A stretch of DNA of 32,000 nucleotides from Dehalococcoidia bacterium (GTDB lineage Bacteria > Chloroflexota > Dehalococcoidia > Lucifugimonadales > Australimonadaceae), in assembly GCA_034423175.1 (NCBI GenBank), contig DAOUJA010000062.1, forward strand, positions 32,648 through 64,647, written 5' to 3'. The notes under the pieces were generated by a model, which had not been told where the DNA came from, ran no database searches, and worked only from the letters and a program-made list of their open reading frames with translations. Shown in pieces: positions 16,030 through 24,032 of this stretch. Position 1 is the first letter of the stretch; the number at the start of each line of letters is the position of its first letter. The position numbers and the translations under genes are program-made.

Positions 16030-17058
16030 TCAGCCGAGCCCGTAAAGGCGGAGGGCGTTCTCGCGGAGGACGTTGCGGCGGAGGGTCTCGTCGATGTCCT
16101 CGCGTGCAAGGAGCTCCTGCACGTTGTGCGGGTATTCGGAGTCCCAGTGGGGGAAATCGGAGGCGAAGAAGAGCTTGTCCGCGCCGATGACGGAGGCGGT
16201 GTAGGGGAGCATCTTCTCGTCGGCCTCGGTGTGGAAGAACCAGTTGCCCTGCCGGACGTACTCGGTTGGCGACCTGCGGAGCATGGGCGCCTCGTCCGCG
16301 CCGCGGATCTTCCACTTCTCGTCCATGCGCTCCAGCCAGTAGGGCACCCATCCGCACCCGGCCTCCATCCAGCCGACGCGGAGGTCCGGGAAGCGTTCCG
16401 GGATCCCGGCGAACATCATGCTGACCATGTGGCGGAAGAGGCCGACGGGGAAACAGAAGGTGTTGACCTCGATGAAACGCTGGTAGTCGTCCGCGGCGAG
16501 GTGGTGGATGCCCTGGGTGGAGGAGTGGACGGCGAGCATGACGCCGAGCCGCTGGGCTTCCTCGTAGAGCGGGAAGTACTGCGCGCGTCCGAGCGGCGGA
16601 TGCGCGCCGATGGCGGAGAGCATCGCGCCCGAGTGCCCGCGCTCGGTGACGGCGCGGCGCAGCTCCTTCACGGCTTCGTCGAGGTCCTGCAGCGGGAGGA
16701 GCGCGACACTCTTGAGGCGCGGGCTGACGCTCGTGAACTCCTCGAAGAGGAAGTCGTTGTAGGCGCGGCAGACAGCGACCGCGACGTCCGGCTCCCAGAT
16801 GAGGGCGGCGGTGAAGCCGATGGAGGTGGGGTAGAGGATGGCGGTCTCCATGCCGCCCTCGTCCATGGCGTCGAGCCACGTCTGAGCGTCCTTCGCGACC
16901 GAGCCGAGCCGTCCGCCGAGGTTGATGTCCCAGTAGTTATGGCCTGCGCGGACCTGACCGCCCCGCGAGCGGTAGGGCTCGTCCATGTAGGGGCGTATCT
17001 GGTCCTCGGTCTCGGTGACGTGTCCGTCGCCGTCCACGATGCCGTAGGGGGTCTGCAT
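16030..17058 (-). CDS. Amidohydro_2-family metal-dependent hydrolase/decarboxylase (paralog 1)
   Basis: 342 aa with an N-terminal VDGDGHVTE metal-binding motif and a C-terminal FASDFPHWD motif typical of the ACMSD/LigW-type TIM-barrel family. It ends 14 nt upstream of the isomerase start. Confidence 0.9.
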   Translation of the reverse strand: MQTPYGIVDGDGHVTETEDQIRPYMDEPYRSRGGQVRAGHNYWDINLGGRLGSVAKDAQTWLDAMDEGGMETAILYPTSIGFTAALIWEPDVAVAVCRAYNDFLFEEFTSVSPRLKSVALLPLQDLDEAVKELRRAVTERGHSGAMLSAIGAHPPLGRAQYFPLYEEAQRLGVMLAVHSSTQGIHHLAADDYQRFIEVNTFCFPVGLFRHMVSMMFAGIPERFPDLRVGWMEAGCGWVPYWLERMDEKWKIRGADEAPMLRRSPTEYVRQGNWFFHTEADEKMLPYTASVIGADKLFFASDFPHWDSEYPHNVQELLAREDIDETLRRNVLRENALRLYGLG

Positions 17059-17173
17059 GGAGGGATGTTACTCCACGGGGGGAGGATTCGACAGAGATTC
17101 GGGGGATGGGGTGGCAGTGCCGCCACGCCAACCCTCACTCCATCCGCGTGACCCGTAACGGTCACGCGGACTT

Positions 17174-17203
17174 CTGGATTCCAGCCTGCGCTGGAATGAC
17201 GGG
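17174..17203. repeat. Family-B hairpin repeat, single copy
   Basis: ctggattccagcctgcgctggaatgacggg contains a perfect 8-bp hairpin, attccagc-ctgc-gctggaat. It lies in the divergent intergenic region between the amidohydrolase and the MFS gene. Confidence 0.85.
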
Positions 17204-17228
17204 ATCTGCGACAGGGTAGACTCTCCCC

Positions 17229-18515
17229 ATGGCTGGGAGGTTCAGCGCGTTGCGGCACCGCGATTTCCGCCTGTACTGGGTGGGGTTCGTCATCGCGGTG
17301 TCCGGGCAGCAGATGCAGTGGATGATCGAGGGCTGGCTGATCTACCAGCTCTCCGGATCGGCGGTGCTGCTGGGGGTGAACGGCATCGCGCAGTTCATCC
17401 CGGCCACGGCGCTGACGCTCTTCGGCGGGGCGCTCGCGGACAAGTTCGACCAGCGCAAGCTGCTCATCACCGTGCAGCTGCTGTTCATCGTCGTGCTGGG
17501 GACGTTGTCCGGGCTGGGCATCGCGGGGCTGCTGACGGCGTGGCACGTGATAGCGGGCGGGTTCCTGTTGTCGGCCATCGGGTCGTTCGAGGGCCCGGCT
17601 CGACAGGCGATGTTCCCGCACCTCGTGAGCCGCGACGCCATGCCGAGCGCGGTGGGGCTGAACGCGATGATCCATCCGGCGACGCGAGTGGCCTCGCCGG
17701 TCGTGGGCGGGCTCGTGAGCGAGTTCGTGTTCGACGCGTCGGAATCGGCGAGCGTGGCCGGCGGCGTGGTGTTCGCAATCACCGCGCTTGCGGTCGCGGG
17801 GTACGCAGCGCTGTTGTGGCGGGTGCACCTGCCTGCGGTGGTGCGCGCGCGAGGCCGCAGCGTTCTGGCGGACATGGCGGCGGCGTTGGGATACATACGC
17901 AAGGAGCGGATATTCGTATTCCTCATCGGCACGGCGTACTGGAACATGGCATTCGGCGTGGCGCTGTCCGTGCTCTACCCGATCTTCGCGAAGGACGTGC
18001 TCGGCGTCGGGCCGGACGGGCTCGGCTACATGTGGGGAGCGACGGGCGTCGGTAGCTTGACGGGCGTGTTCATCGCGTCGAGCTTGACCGCGCCGAACCA
18101 GCAGCGCGCGCTGTTCACGAGCGGGGCGGTAACGATGGGCGTGTTCTCGATAGCGTTCGCGCTGTCGGAGTGGTACTGGGTGTCGCTGGGACTGCTGTTC
18201 GCGTACGGGACGGGTGCGTCGATGGTGAACGTCGCGGTGCAGACGAACCTGCAGATGCTGGTGGCGAACGAGTTCCGGGGGCGCGTGATGGGGATATGGA
18301 GCATGGTGCACACGAGCGTGCGTCCGGTGGGGGAACTGCAGTTCGCGGGGGTCGCGGCGCTGGTGTCGGCGCCCGTCGCGGCGATCGTGGGCGGCGTTGC
18401 GGTACTGGCGTACACGCTGGGCTATCTCTACAGGAGCGGCCAGGTGCGCCGTCTGGAAGACCTGCGGGCGGGACCGCGGGTGAGCGAGGAGGGCCAGGCC
18501 GGCAGGGGAAGGTGA
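17229..18515 (+). CDS. MFS transporter (same subfamily as 951..2252)
   Basis: 428 aa of about 12 TM helices, with the N-terminal RHRDFRLYWVGF motif. Confidence 0.9.
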   Translation: MAGRFSALRHRDFRLYWVGFVIAVSGQQMQWMIEGWLIYQLSGSAVLLGVNGIAQFIPATALTLFGGALADKFDQRKLLITVQLLFIVVLGTLSGLGIAGLLTAWHVIAGGFLLSAIGSFEGPARQAMFPHLVSRDAMPSAVGLNAMIHPATRVASPVVGGLVSEFVFDASESASVAGGVVFAITALAVAGYAALLWRVHLPAVVRARGRSVLADMAAALGYIRKERIFVFLIGTAYWNMAFGVALSVLYPIFAKDVLGVGPDGLGYMWGATGVGSLTGVFIASSLTAPNQQRALFTSGAVTMGVFSIAFALSEWYWVSLGLLFAYGTGASMVNVAVQTNLQMLVANEFRGRVMGIWSMVHTSVRPVGELQFAGVAALVSAPVAAIVGGVAVLAYTLGYLYRSGQVRRLEDLRAGPRVSEEGQAGRGR

Positions 18516-18582
18516 GGGGGTGCGTACGCGCCCGGAGAACAGCTATATTCCGTCGGTCAGCATTCCTTAGCGGGAGGCGGGT

Positions 18583-19563
18583 GTGCGCATCCTCGTGACA
18601 GGCGGGCTGGGAGTGAACGGGTGCTGGGTCACCCGCGACCTGCTGACGATGGGCCACGAGCCCGTCGTGTTCGATAACCGGCCCGACTTCACACTGCTCC
18701 GCGACGTGAGCAGCGAGTTCGCGTTCGTCGAGGGCGACATCACGTCGCTGGAGCAGCTGGACAGGGCATGCAAGGAGCACCGCATCGAGCGCATCTGCCA
18801 CCTGGCGGCGGTGTACCCGGACACCGCGGACGCCGACCCGGTGCTCGGCTTCTCGGTGAACGCGCTCGCGACGGTCTACGTGCTGGAGGCGGCGCGCCGG
18901 AACGGCATCGACCGCGTCGCGTTCACGAGCTCGATCGGCGCGTTGTCGCCGATGACCGATGAGCACGTGGAGCCGCATATGGCGCCGGTGGACGAGACGT
19001 TCCCGGCGTATCCCACCAGAAGCGTCTACGGGGCGGCGAAGACGGCGTCGGAGCTGATGGGCATCCAGTACCACAGGCTCTTCGGCATCGACTTCGCCGC
19101 CATGCGCTTCGCCGGTATCTATGGCCTCGGCAAAGGCGTGGAGCGGCACGGCAGCCACGACGTGATCTGGGGCCGCTTGATACGGAGCGCCATCGCGGGC
19201 CGCCCTATCGCCATCCCGCGGGGCGGCGAGCAGCGGCTGGACTTGACGTACGCGCGGGACGTAGCGCAGAGCGTCATCAAGGCGTGCACGGTGGACAGCT
19301 TCGAGGGGCACGTCTTCCACATCGGCAGCGGCCGGACGTATACGCTCAACGACTTCGCGGACGCCATCCGGGCCGTCATCCCGGGCGCGCAGATCGAGAT
19401 CGGGCCGGGGCTGGACCCGCGCGGGATGGGCCCGCGGAGCTATTATGCGCTGGACATCAGCCGCGCCCGTCGCGAGCTGGGCTACGAGCCGCAGTACCCG
19501 CCGGCGGCGGCGGTACGCGATTGGCTGGAGTGGACGGAGCGATTGGAGCTGACCGAGGAGTAG
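18583..19563 (+). CDS. NAD-dependent epimerase/dehydratase-family (extended SDR) protein
   Basis: 326 aa with an ILVTGGLGVNG Rossmann motif and a catalytic YGAAK motif. GTG start with GGGAGG upstream. Confidence 0.9.
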   Translation: MRILVTGGLGVNGCWVTRDLLTMGHEPVVFDNRPDFTLLRDVSSEFAFVEGDITSLEQLDRACKEHRIERICHLAAVYPDTADADPVLGFSVNALATVYVLEAARRNGIDRVAFTSSIGALSPMTDEHVEPHMAPVDETFPAYPTRSVYGAAKTASELMGIQYHRLFGIDFAAMRFAGIYGLGKGVERHGSHDVIWGRLIRSAIAGRPIAIPRGGEQRLDLTYARDVAQSVIKACTVDSFEGHVFHIGSGRTYTLNDFADAIRAVIPGAQIEIGPGLDPRGMGPRSYYALDISRARRELGYEPQYPPAAAVRDWLEWTERLELTEE

Positions 19564-19568
19564 CGCAT

Positions 19569-20666
19569 ATGACCACTTGCAAGGCTGCGGTCTTCGTCGG
19601 GGCGAACAGGCCGTTGGAGGTGCAGGAGTTCCCCGTGCTCCCGATGGAGCCGGGAGGAGCGTTGGTGCAGATGCAGATGGCGGCCATCTGCGGCACGGAC
19701 GTACACGCGTGGCACCTGGATGCCACACCCGCTCCCATGATCTTCGGCCACGAGAACGTCGGCGTCATCGCGGAACTATCGCCCGAGATCACGGCAGACG
19801 TTCTCGGGGAGCCGCTGCGAGTGGGAGACCGCGTCATCTTCCGGGACGCTCCGTGCGGGCGCTGCTTCCGCTGTGCGATGGGAGAGTCGTGCCAGAACAC
19901 GCGGTCGTACGGGATGCTCCGCTCCGACGTTGCGCCGCACCTGCGCGGCGGTTTCGGGCAGTACATCCAGCTGAGCGCCACGCCCTGGCTGCTGCGCGTC
20001 CCGGACGACGTCTCGAACGAGCGGGCGTTGCTGAGCGTCATCGGCAATCACACGGCACTGAACGGGATAGACCGGATCGGCGGCGTCAACCTGGCGGATA
20101 CCGTGGTCGTGCAGGGCTCCGGCCCCATCGGCATGGGCGTGCTGAACCAGGTACTGCTCGGCGGGGCAGGGCGCGTCATCGTGGTGGGCGCACCGGAGAG
20201 CAGGCTCGAGCTGGCCGGGACGCTCGGCGCGACCGAGACCGTGAGCATCGAGGAGTACCCGACGCCTGAGGCGCGCGTGGAGCGCGTGATGGAACTCACC
20301 GGCGGGCGCGGCGGCGACCTCATCGTCGAGGCCTCCGGCGGGTTGACGGCGTTCCGCGAGGGGCTGGAGATGGTGCGCATGGGCGGACGCTATCTCGTGA
20401 TCGGGCAGTGGACGGACTACGGCCTGCTCTCGGCGAACCCGGCGCTGCTGACGCGCAAGGTGATCCGCGTGCAGGGTGTCTTCTCGGCGGGCCCCCGTCA
20501 TATCATCCGGTCGCTGCAGGCGATGCGTACAATCGTGGACAGGCCGGTGGAGAATCTCATCACGCACCGGTACGAGCTCGAAGCGGTGAACGAGGGTTTC
20601 GAAGCGCACGAGACTCTCGAAGCGATGGTTGCGGTGATACTGCCGAACGGCGAACCGGCCAGATAG
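19569..20666 (+). CDS. Zinc-dependent alcohol dehydrogenase (MDR family)
   Basis: 365 aa counted from ATG 19569, with GAGGAG upstream. It has CGTDVH and GHENVG catalytic-zinc motifs, the CGRCFRCAMGESC structural-zinc loop and a GSGPIG NAD motif. Confidence 0.9.
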   Translation: MTTCKAAVFVGANRPLEVQEFPVLPMEPGGALVQMQMAAICGTDVHAWHLDATPAPMIFGHENVGVIAELSPEITADVLGEPLRVGDRVIFRDAPCGRCFRCAMGESCQNTRSYGMLRSDVAPHLRGGFGQYIQLSATPWLLRVPDDVSNERALLSVIGNHTALNGIDRIGGVNLADTVVVQGSGPIGMGVLNQVLLGGAGRVIVVGAPESRLELAGTLGATETVSIEEYPTPEARVERVMELTGGRGGDLIVEASGGLTAFREGLEMVRMGGRYLVIGQWTDYGLLSANPALLTRKVIRVQGVFSAGPRHIIRSLQAMRTIVDRPVENLITHRYELEAVNEGFEAHETLEAMVAVILPNGEPAR

Positions 20667-20676
20667 GAGGACGGCG

Positions 20677-21834
20677 ATGGCCAAGGGCGGGTACAGGATC
20701 ATAGACAGCGACATGCACATCATGGAGCCGCCGGACCTGTGGCAGCGATACACGGACAAGAAGTACCGCGACTACGCCCAGGTGGGGGTGACGTCGGAGA
20801 ACGTGCGCGACCTCCGTACGGTCCACCCGGACGGCCGGCCGTGGGGAGCGCCGCCGAGGGCCGCAGGCGCCGCGGCCAGGCAGAGCCAGGCAGGCGGCCA
20901 CAACTACGAGCGGAACCAGAAGCTCTACGTCACCCACGCGGAGCGCGGCTGGTCGACCGAGGTCCAGTTGGAAGCGATGGACGTGGAAGGGCTGGACGTT
21001 GCGGTGCTCTTCCCCACGCGGGGGTTGCACACGCTGGCAGAGCCGTTCATGGACCCGCCGTTCGCGGCGGCGCTGGCCCGCGCATACAACGACTGGCTGT
21101 ATGACTTCTGCGCCCCTGCGCCGGACAGGCTCATCGGCGCGGCGATGGTCTCGCCATTCGACATGGACGATGCCGTTGCGGAGGTCGAGCGGGCCGTGAA
21201 GGAGCTGGGCTTCCGCACCGTGTTCATGCGCTCCAACCAGATGACGGACAAACCCTGGCACGACCCGTTCTTCGATCCCCTGTGGAGTGCGCTCGAGGAG
21301 TATGACATCCCCATCGGGTTCCATGAGGCTTCATCGTCCGGTGCGCGGCAGGCAGGCGACCACTTCGGGCCGAACGCAATGTTGCGGCGCGTGTTTGCGC
21401 AGCCGATCGAGCAGATGATGGCGCTCGCCAGCTTCTGCGGCGGGGGCGTGCTGGAGCGTCACCCGAGGCTGCGCGCCGCTTTCCTGGAGGCCAACTGCGC
21501 CTGGGCGCCGTGGCTGCTCTGGCGGTTGGACGAGGGATACGAACGGGAGGCGGACATCTTCGTCCCCGAGTTGGCGATGGCGCCCACGGAGTATTTCAAG
21601 CGGCAGTGCTGGATATCCGTCGAACCGGATGAGGAGCCGGCGAAGTATGCCATCGACTGGGTGGGCAGCGACAAGATGGTCTTCTCCACGGACTACCCGC
21701 ACGGAGACTCCAGGTACCCGTATGCGGTGTCCAGTTTCCTGGACCTCGGCATATCTGATGAGGACAAGAAGAAGATCCTCTGGGACAATTGCGCCGACCT
21801 CTACAACCTGGCGGAAGTTCCGGCCGGCATCTGA
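20677..21834 (+). CDS. Amidohydro_2-family hydrolase/decarboxylase (paralog 2, tandem copy A)
   Basis: 385 aa with IDSDMHIME and FSTDYPHGD motifs. AGGAGGA RBS. Confidence 0.9.
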   Translation: MAKGGYRIIDSDMHIMEPPDLWQRYTDKKYRDYAQVGVTSENVRDLRTVHPDGRPWGAPPRAAGAAARQSQAGGHNYERNQKLYVTHAERGWSTEVQLEAMDVEGLDVAVLFPTRGLHTLAEPFMDPPFAAALARAYNDWLYDFCAPAPDRLIGAAMVSPFDMDDAVAEVERAVKELGFRTVFMRSNQMTDKPWHDPFFDPLWSALEEYDIPIGFHEASSSGARQAGDHFGPNAMLRRVFAQPIEQMMALASFCGGGVLERHPRLRAAFLEANCAWAPWLLWRLDEGYEREADIFVPELAMAPTEYFKRQCWISVEPDEEPAKYAIDWVGSDKMVFSTDYPHGDSRYPYAVSSFLDLGISDEDKKKILWDNCADLYNLAEVPAGI

Positions 21835-21858
21835 TCGAAGAGAGACAGGAGGATGGCG

Positions 21859-23013
21859 ATGGCCAAGGGCGGGTACAGGATCATAGACAGCGACATGCAC
21901 ATCATGGAGCCGCTGGACCTGTGGCAGCGGTACACGGACAAGAAGTACCGCGACTATGCTCAGGTCGGCGTGACGTCGGCGAATGTGCGCGACCTGCGCA
22001 CGGTCCACCCGGACGGCAGGGCGTGGGGCACGACGACGGACTTTCAGCCTTCGCGCAACCCGAACCAGGCGGGCGGGCACAACTACGAGCGGAACCAGAA
22101 GCTCTACGCGAGCCACGCGGAGCGAGGATGGTCTACCGAGGTCCAACTTGAAGCGATGGACGTCGAGGGGCTGGACGTCGCAGTGCTCTTCCCCACGCGG
22201 GGACTGCACACGCTGGCGGAGCCGTTCATGGATCCGCCGTTCGCCGCGGCGATCGCGCGGGCGTACAACGACTGGCTGTACGACTTCTGCGCTCCGGCGC
22301 CGGACCGGCTCATCGGCGCGGCGATGGTGTCGCCGTTCGACGTGGACGACGCCGTTGCGGAGGTGGAGCGGGCCGTGAAGGAGCTGGGCTTCCGCGCGGT
22401 GTTCATGCGCTCCAACCAGATGACGGACAAGCCGTGGCACGACCCGTACTACGACCCGCTGTGGAGCGCTCTCGAAGAGAACGACATCGCCATCGGGTTC
22501 CACGAGTCCTCATCGTCGGGTGCGACTCAGGTGGGCCAGCACTTCGAGCCGAACTTCATGCTGCGCCGCGTGTTTGCGCAGCCGGTCGAGCAGATGATGG
22601 CGCTCGCCAGCTTCTGCGGCGGGGGCGTGCTGGAGCGTCACCCGAGGCTGCGCGCCGCTTTCCTGGAGGCGAACTGCGCGTGGGCACCATGGCTGCTCTG
22701 GCGGCTGGACGAGGGGTATGAGCGGGAGGCGGACGTCTTCGTCCCCGAGCTCAAGATGGCGCCCTCGGAGTATTTCAAGCGGCAGTGCTGGATCTCCGTG
22801 GAGCCGGACGAGGAGCCCGCGAAGTATGCCATCGACTGGGTGGGCAGCGACAAGATGGTCTTCTCGACGGACTACCCGCACGGAGACTCCAAGTACCCGT
22901 ACGCGGTGTCCAGTTTCCTGGACCTCGGCATATCGGACGAGGACAAGAAGAAGGTCCTCTGGGATAATTGCGCCAGGCTCTACAACCTCGCGGAAGTGCC
23001 GGCCATCGCGTAG
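21859..23013 (+). CDS. Amidohydro_2-family hydrolase/decarboxylase (paralog 3, tandem copy B)
   Basis: About 91% aa identity to copy A by eye. Start set at 21859 (MAKGGYRIID) by analogy with copy A and by RBS spacing. The track start at 21853 overlaps the GGAGGA motif. Confidence 0.9.
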   Translation: MAKGGYRIIDSDMHIMEPLDLWQRYTDKKYRDYAQVGVTSANVRDLRTVHPDGRAWGTTTDFQPSRNPNQAGGHNYERNQKLYASHAERGWSTEVQLEAMDVEGLDVAVLFPTRGLHTLAEPFMDPPFAAAIARAYNDWLYDFCAPAPDRLIGAAMVSPFDVDDAVAEVERAVKELGFRAVFMRSNQMTDKPWHDPYYDPLWSALEENDIAIGFHESSSSGATQVGQHFEPNFMLRRVFAQPVEQMMALASFCGGGVLERHPRLRAAFLEANCAWAPWLLWRLDEGYEREADVFVPELKMAPSEYFKRQCWISVEPDEEPAKYAIDWVGSDKMVFSTDYPHGDSKYPYAVSSFLDLGISDEDKKKVLWDNCARLYNLAEVPAIA

Positions 23014-23031
23014 CCGGAGGGAGGAGAACCC

Positions 23032-23667
23032 ATGACCACGGTAACGACCGAGACGGCACTGGACAGGTTCGTTGCGCAGACGCGTGAGCTGTTCGCGAGC
23101 GAGCCGGACCCGGAGAAGCGCTGGGTGGCGCTGACGCCGATACTGCAGGAGTTCCTTGCCGACCCCACCGTGCAGGAGGCATCGGCCAAGTGGCCCGCGA
23201 ACGTGTTCACCGACCGGGCCGAGAACCTGATCTTCTACGAGGACCCGGACTACGGGTTCGCGATCAATGGGTTGAAGCGCGAGGTCCGCGGGAAGCCCAT
23301 CGTGAACCCGGAGCATCCTACGTGGCGGGGCATCCACGACCACGCGCACATCTACACGCTCTACGGTGTGCTCGTGGGCCGCGAGATGATCGAGCGCTAC
23401 CGCCCCGTCGAGGGCGCCGAGCGCCGGCCGGACTACGTGCCCATCGAGCAGGTCGGCAACTTCAAGGTGGAGCCGGGCTCCGTCGACCTCGTGCGCCCGT
23501 ACGAGGTTCACGCGGAGCGCAGCCTGGGCGAGCAGACGGTGGCGGTCATCATCCGCAGTGAGAAGTCCGGCGGGTTCCTGCAGGGACGCTACAACGCCGA
23601 GACGGGAGAGTACTGGGAAGGTTACGGCCCGAAGCAGCGGGAAGTGGAGATGTTCCCGGAGGACTAG
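23032..23667 (+). CDS. Cupin protein, cysteine-dioxygenase type I-like
   Basis: 211 aa. The pattern ENLIFYEDPDYGF...WRGIHDHAHIYTLYGVLVGREMIERY fits the CDO-type cupin layout (HDH metal motif). GGGAGGAG RBS. Confidence 0.65.
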   Translation: MTTVTTETALDRFVAQTRELFASEPDPEKRWVALTPILQEFLADPTVQEASAKWPANVFTDRAENLIFYEDPDYGFAINGLKREVRGKPIVNPEHPTWRGIHDHAHIYTLYGVLVGREMIERYRPVEGAERRPDYVPIEQVGNFKVEPGSVDLVRPYEVHAERSLGEQTVAVIIRSEKSGGFLQGRYNAETGEYWEGYGPKQREVEMFPED

Positions 23668-23696
23668 AACGCCTGCTCGTCTCGAACGTTGCACGC

Positions 23697-23741
23697 GATA
23701 GAGCAGACCACCTCGCCCCGAGCGAGGTGGTCTGCTCTATC
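23697..23741 (+). terminator. Perfect 20-bp GC-rich hairpin (factor-independent terminator-like, no U tract)
   Basis: gatagagcagaccacctcgc - cccga - gcgaggtggtctgctctatc, located 30 nt after the stop of the cupin gene that ends a six-gene plus-strand run. Confidence 0.6.
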
Positions 23742-23746
23742 CAGGG

Positions 23747-23804
23747 GCCTCATGCATGAGGCAAATCATGAGGGGTTGCGGATGCGTATCATGCATGATA
23801 CACT
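23747..23804 (+). promoter_or_regulatory. Twin 16-bp palindromes sharing a TCATGCATGA core, with a candidate promoter
   Basis: gcctcatgcatgaggc (23747-23762) and gtatcatgcatgatac (23786-23801) are both perfect palindromes. A third tcatga half-site lies at 23766-23771. A possible TTGCGG (23776-23781)-N17-TACACT (23799-23804) promoter has palindrome 2 over its -10 element. Confidence 0.5.
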
Positions 23805-23822
23805 CCGGTCAGGATCAAGCCT

Positions 23823-24032
23823 GTGGGCGTAAAGCGGGCAGGCGGCTACATCTTCAAGAGTTGGGTGGGCGACCACGAGCCCTTGCACGTCCACATCTGG
23901 AGAGGGGAGACAGAGATAGGCCGATGGGACATCGAGCACCAGCGCCCGATGGACGACTTCAGGGTGGGGCGGCGTCTGCGGAACGCTCTCCGCATCCTTG
24001 GCTACCTGCTGGAGGACGACGATGAAGAATGA
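23823..24032 (+). CDS. DUF4160-family small protein
   Basis: 69 aa. GGYIFKSWVGDHEPLHVHIWRGETEIGRWDI matches the DUF4160 hallmark (aromatic-x-DH-x-P-x-H-V/F-H followed by G-E/D). GTG start. The acidic tail overlaps the next gene by 11 nt. Confidence 0.75.
   Translation: MGVKRAGGYIFKSWVGDHEPLHVHIWRGETEIGRWDIEHQRPMDDFRVGRRLRNALRILGYLLEDDDEE

Noticed and set aside
15278-16879. 533-aa minus-strand ORF
   Set aside because: Only the C-terminal 245 aa (isomerase-like) are credible. The upstream part runs out of frame across the well-supported amidohydrolase gene 16030..17058 and is Arg/Pro-rich.
21853-21858. Track start codon 21853 (MAMAKGG) for tandem amidohydrolase copy B
   Set aside because: That ATG overlaps the GGAGGA ribosome-binding motif. 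The paralog upstream starts at the equivalent of 21859 with the same RBS spacing. The difference is only two codons.
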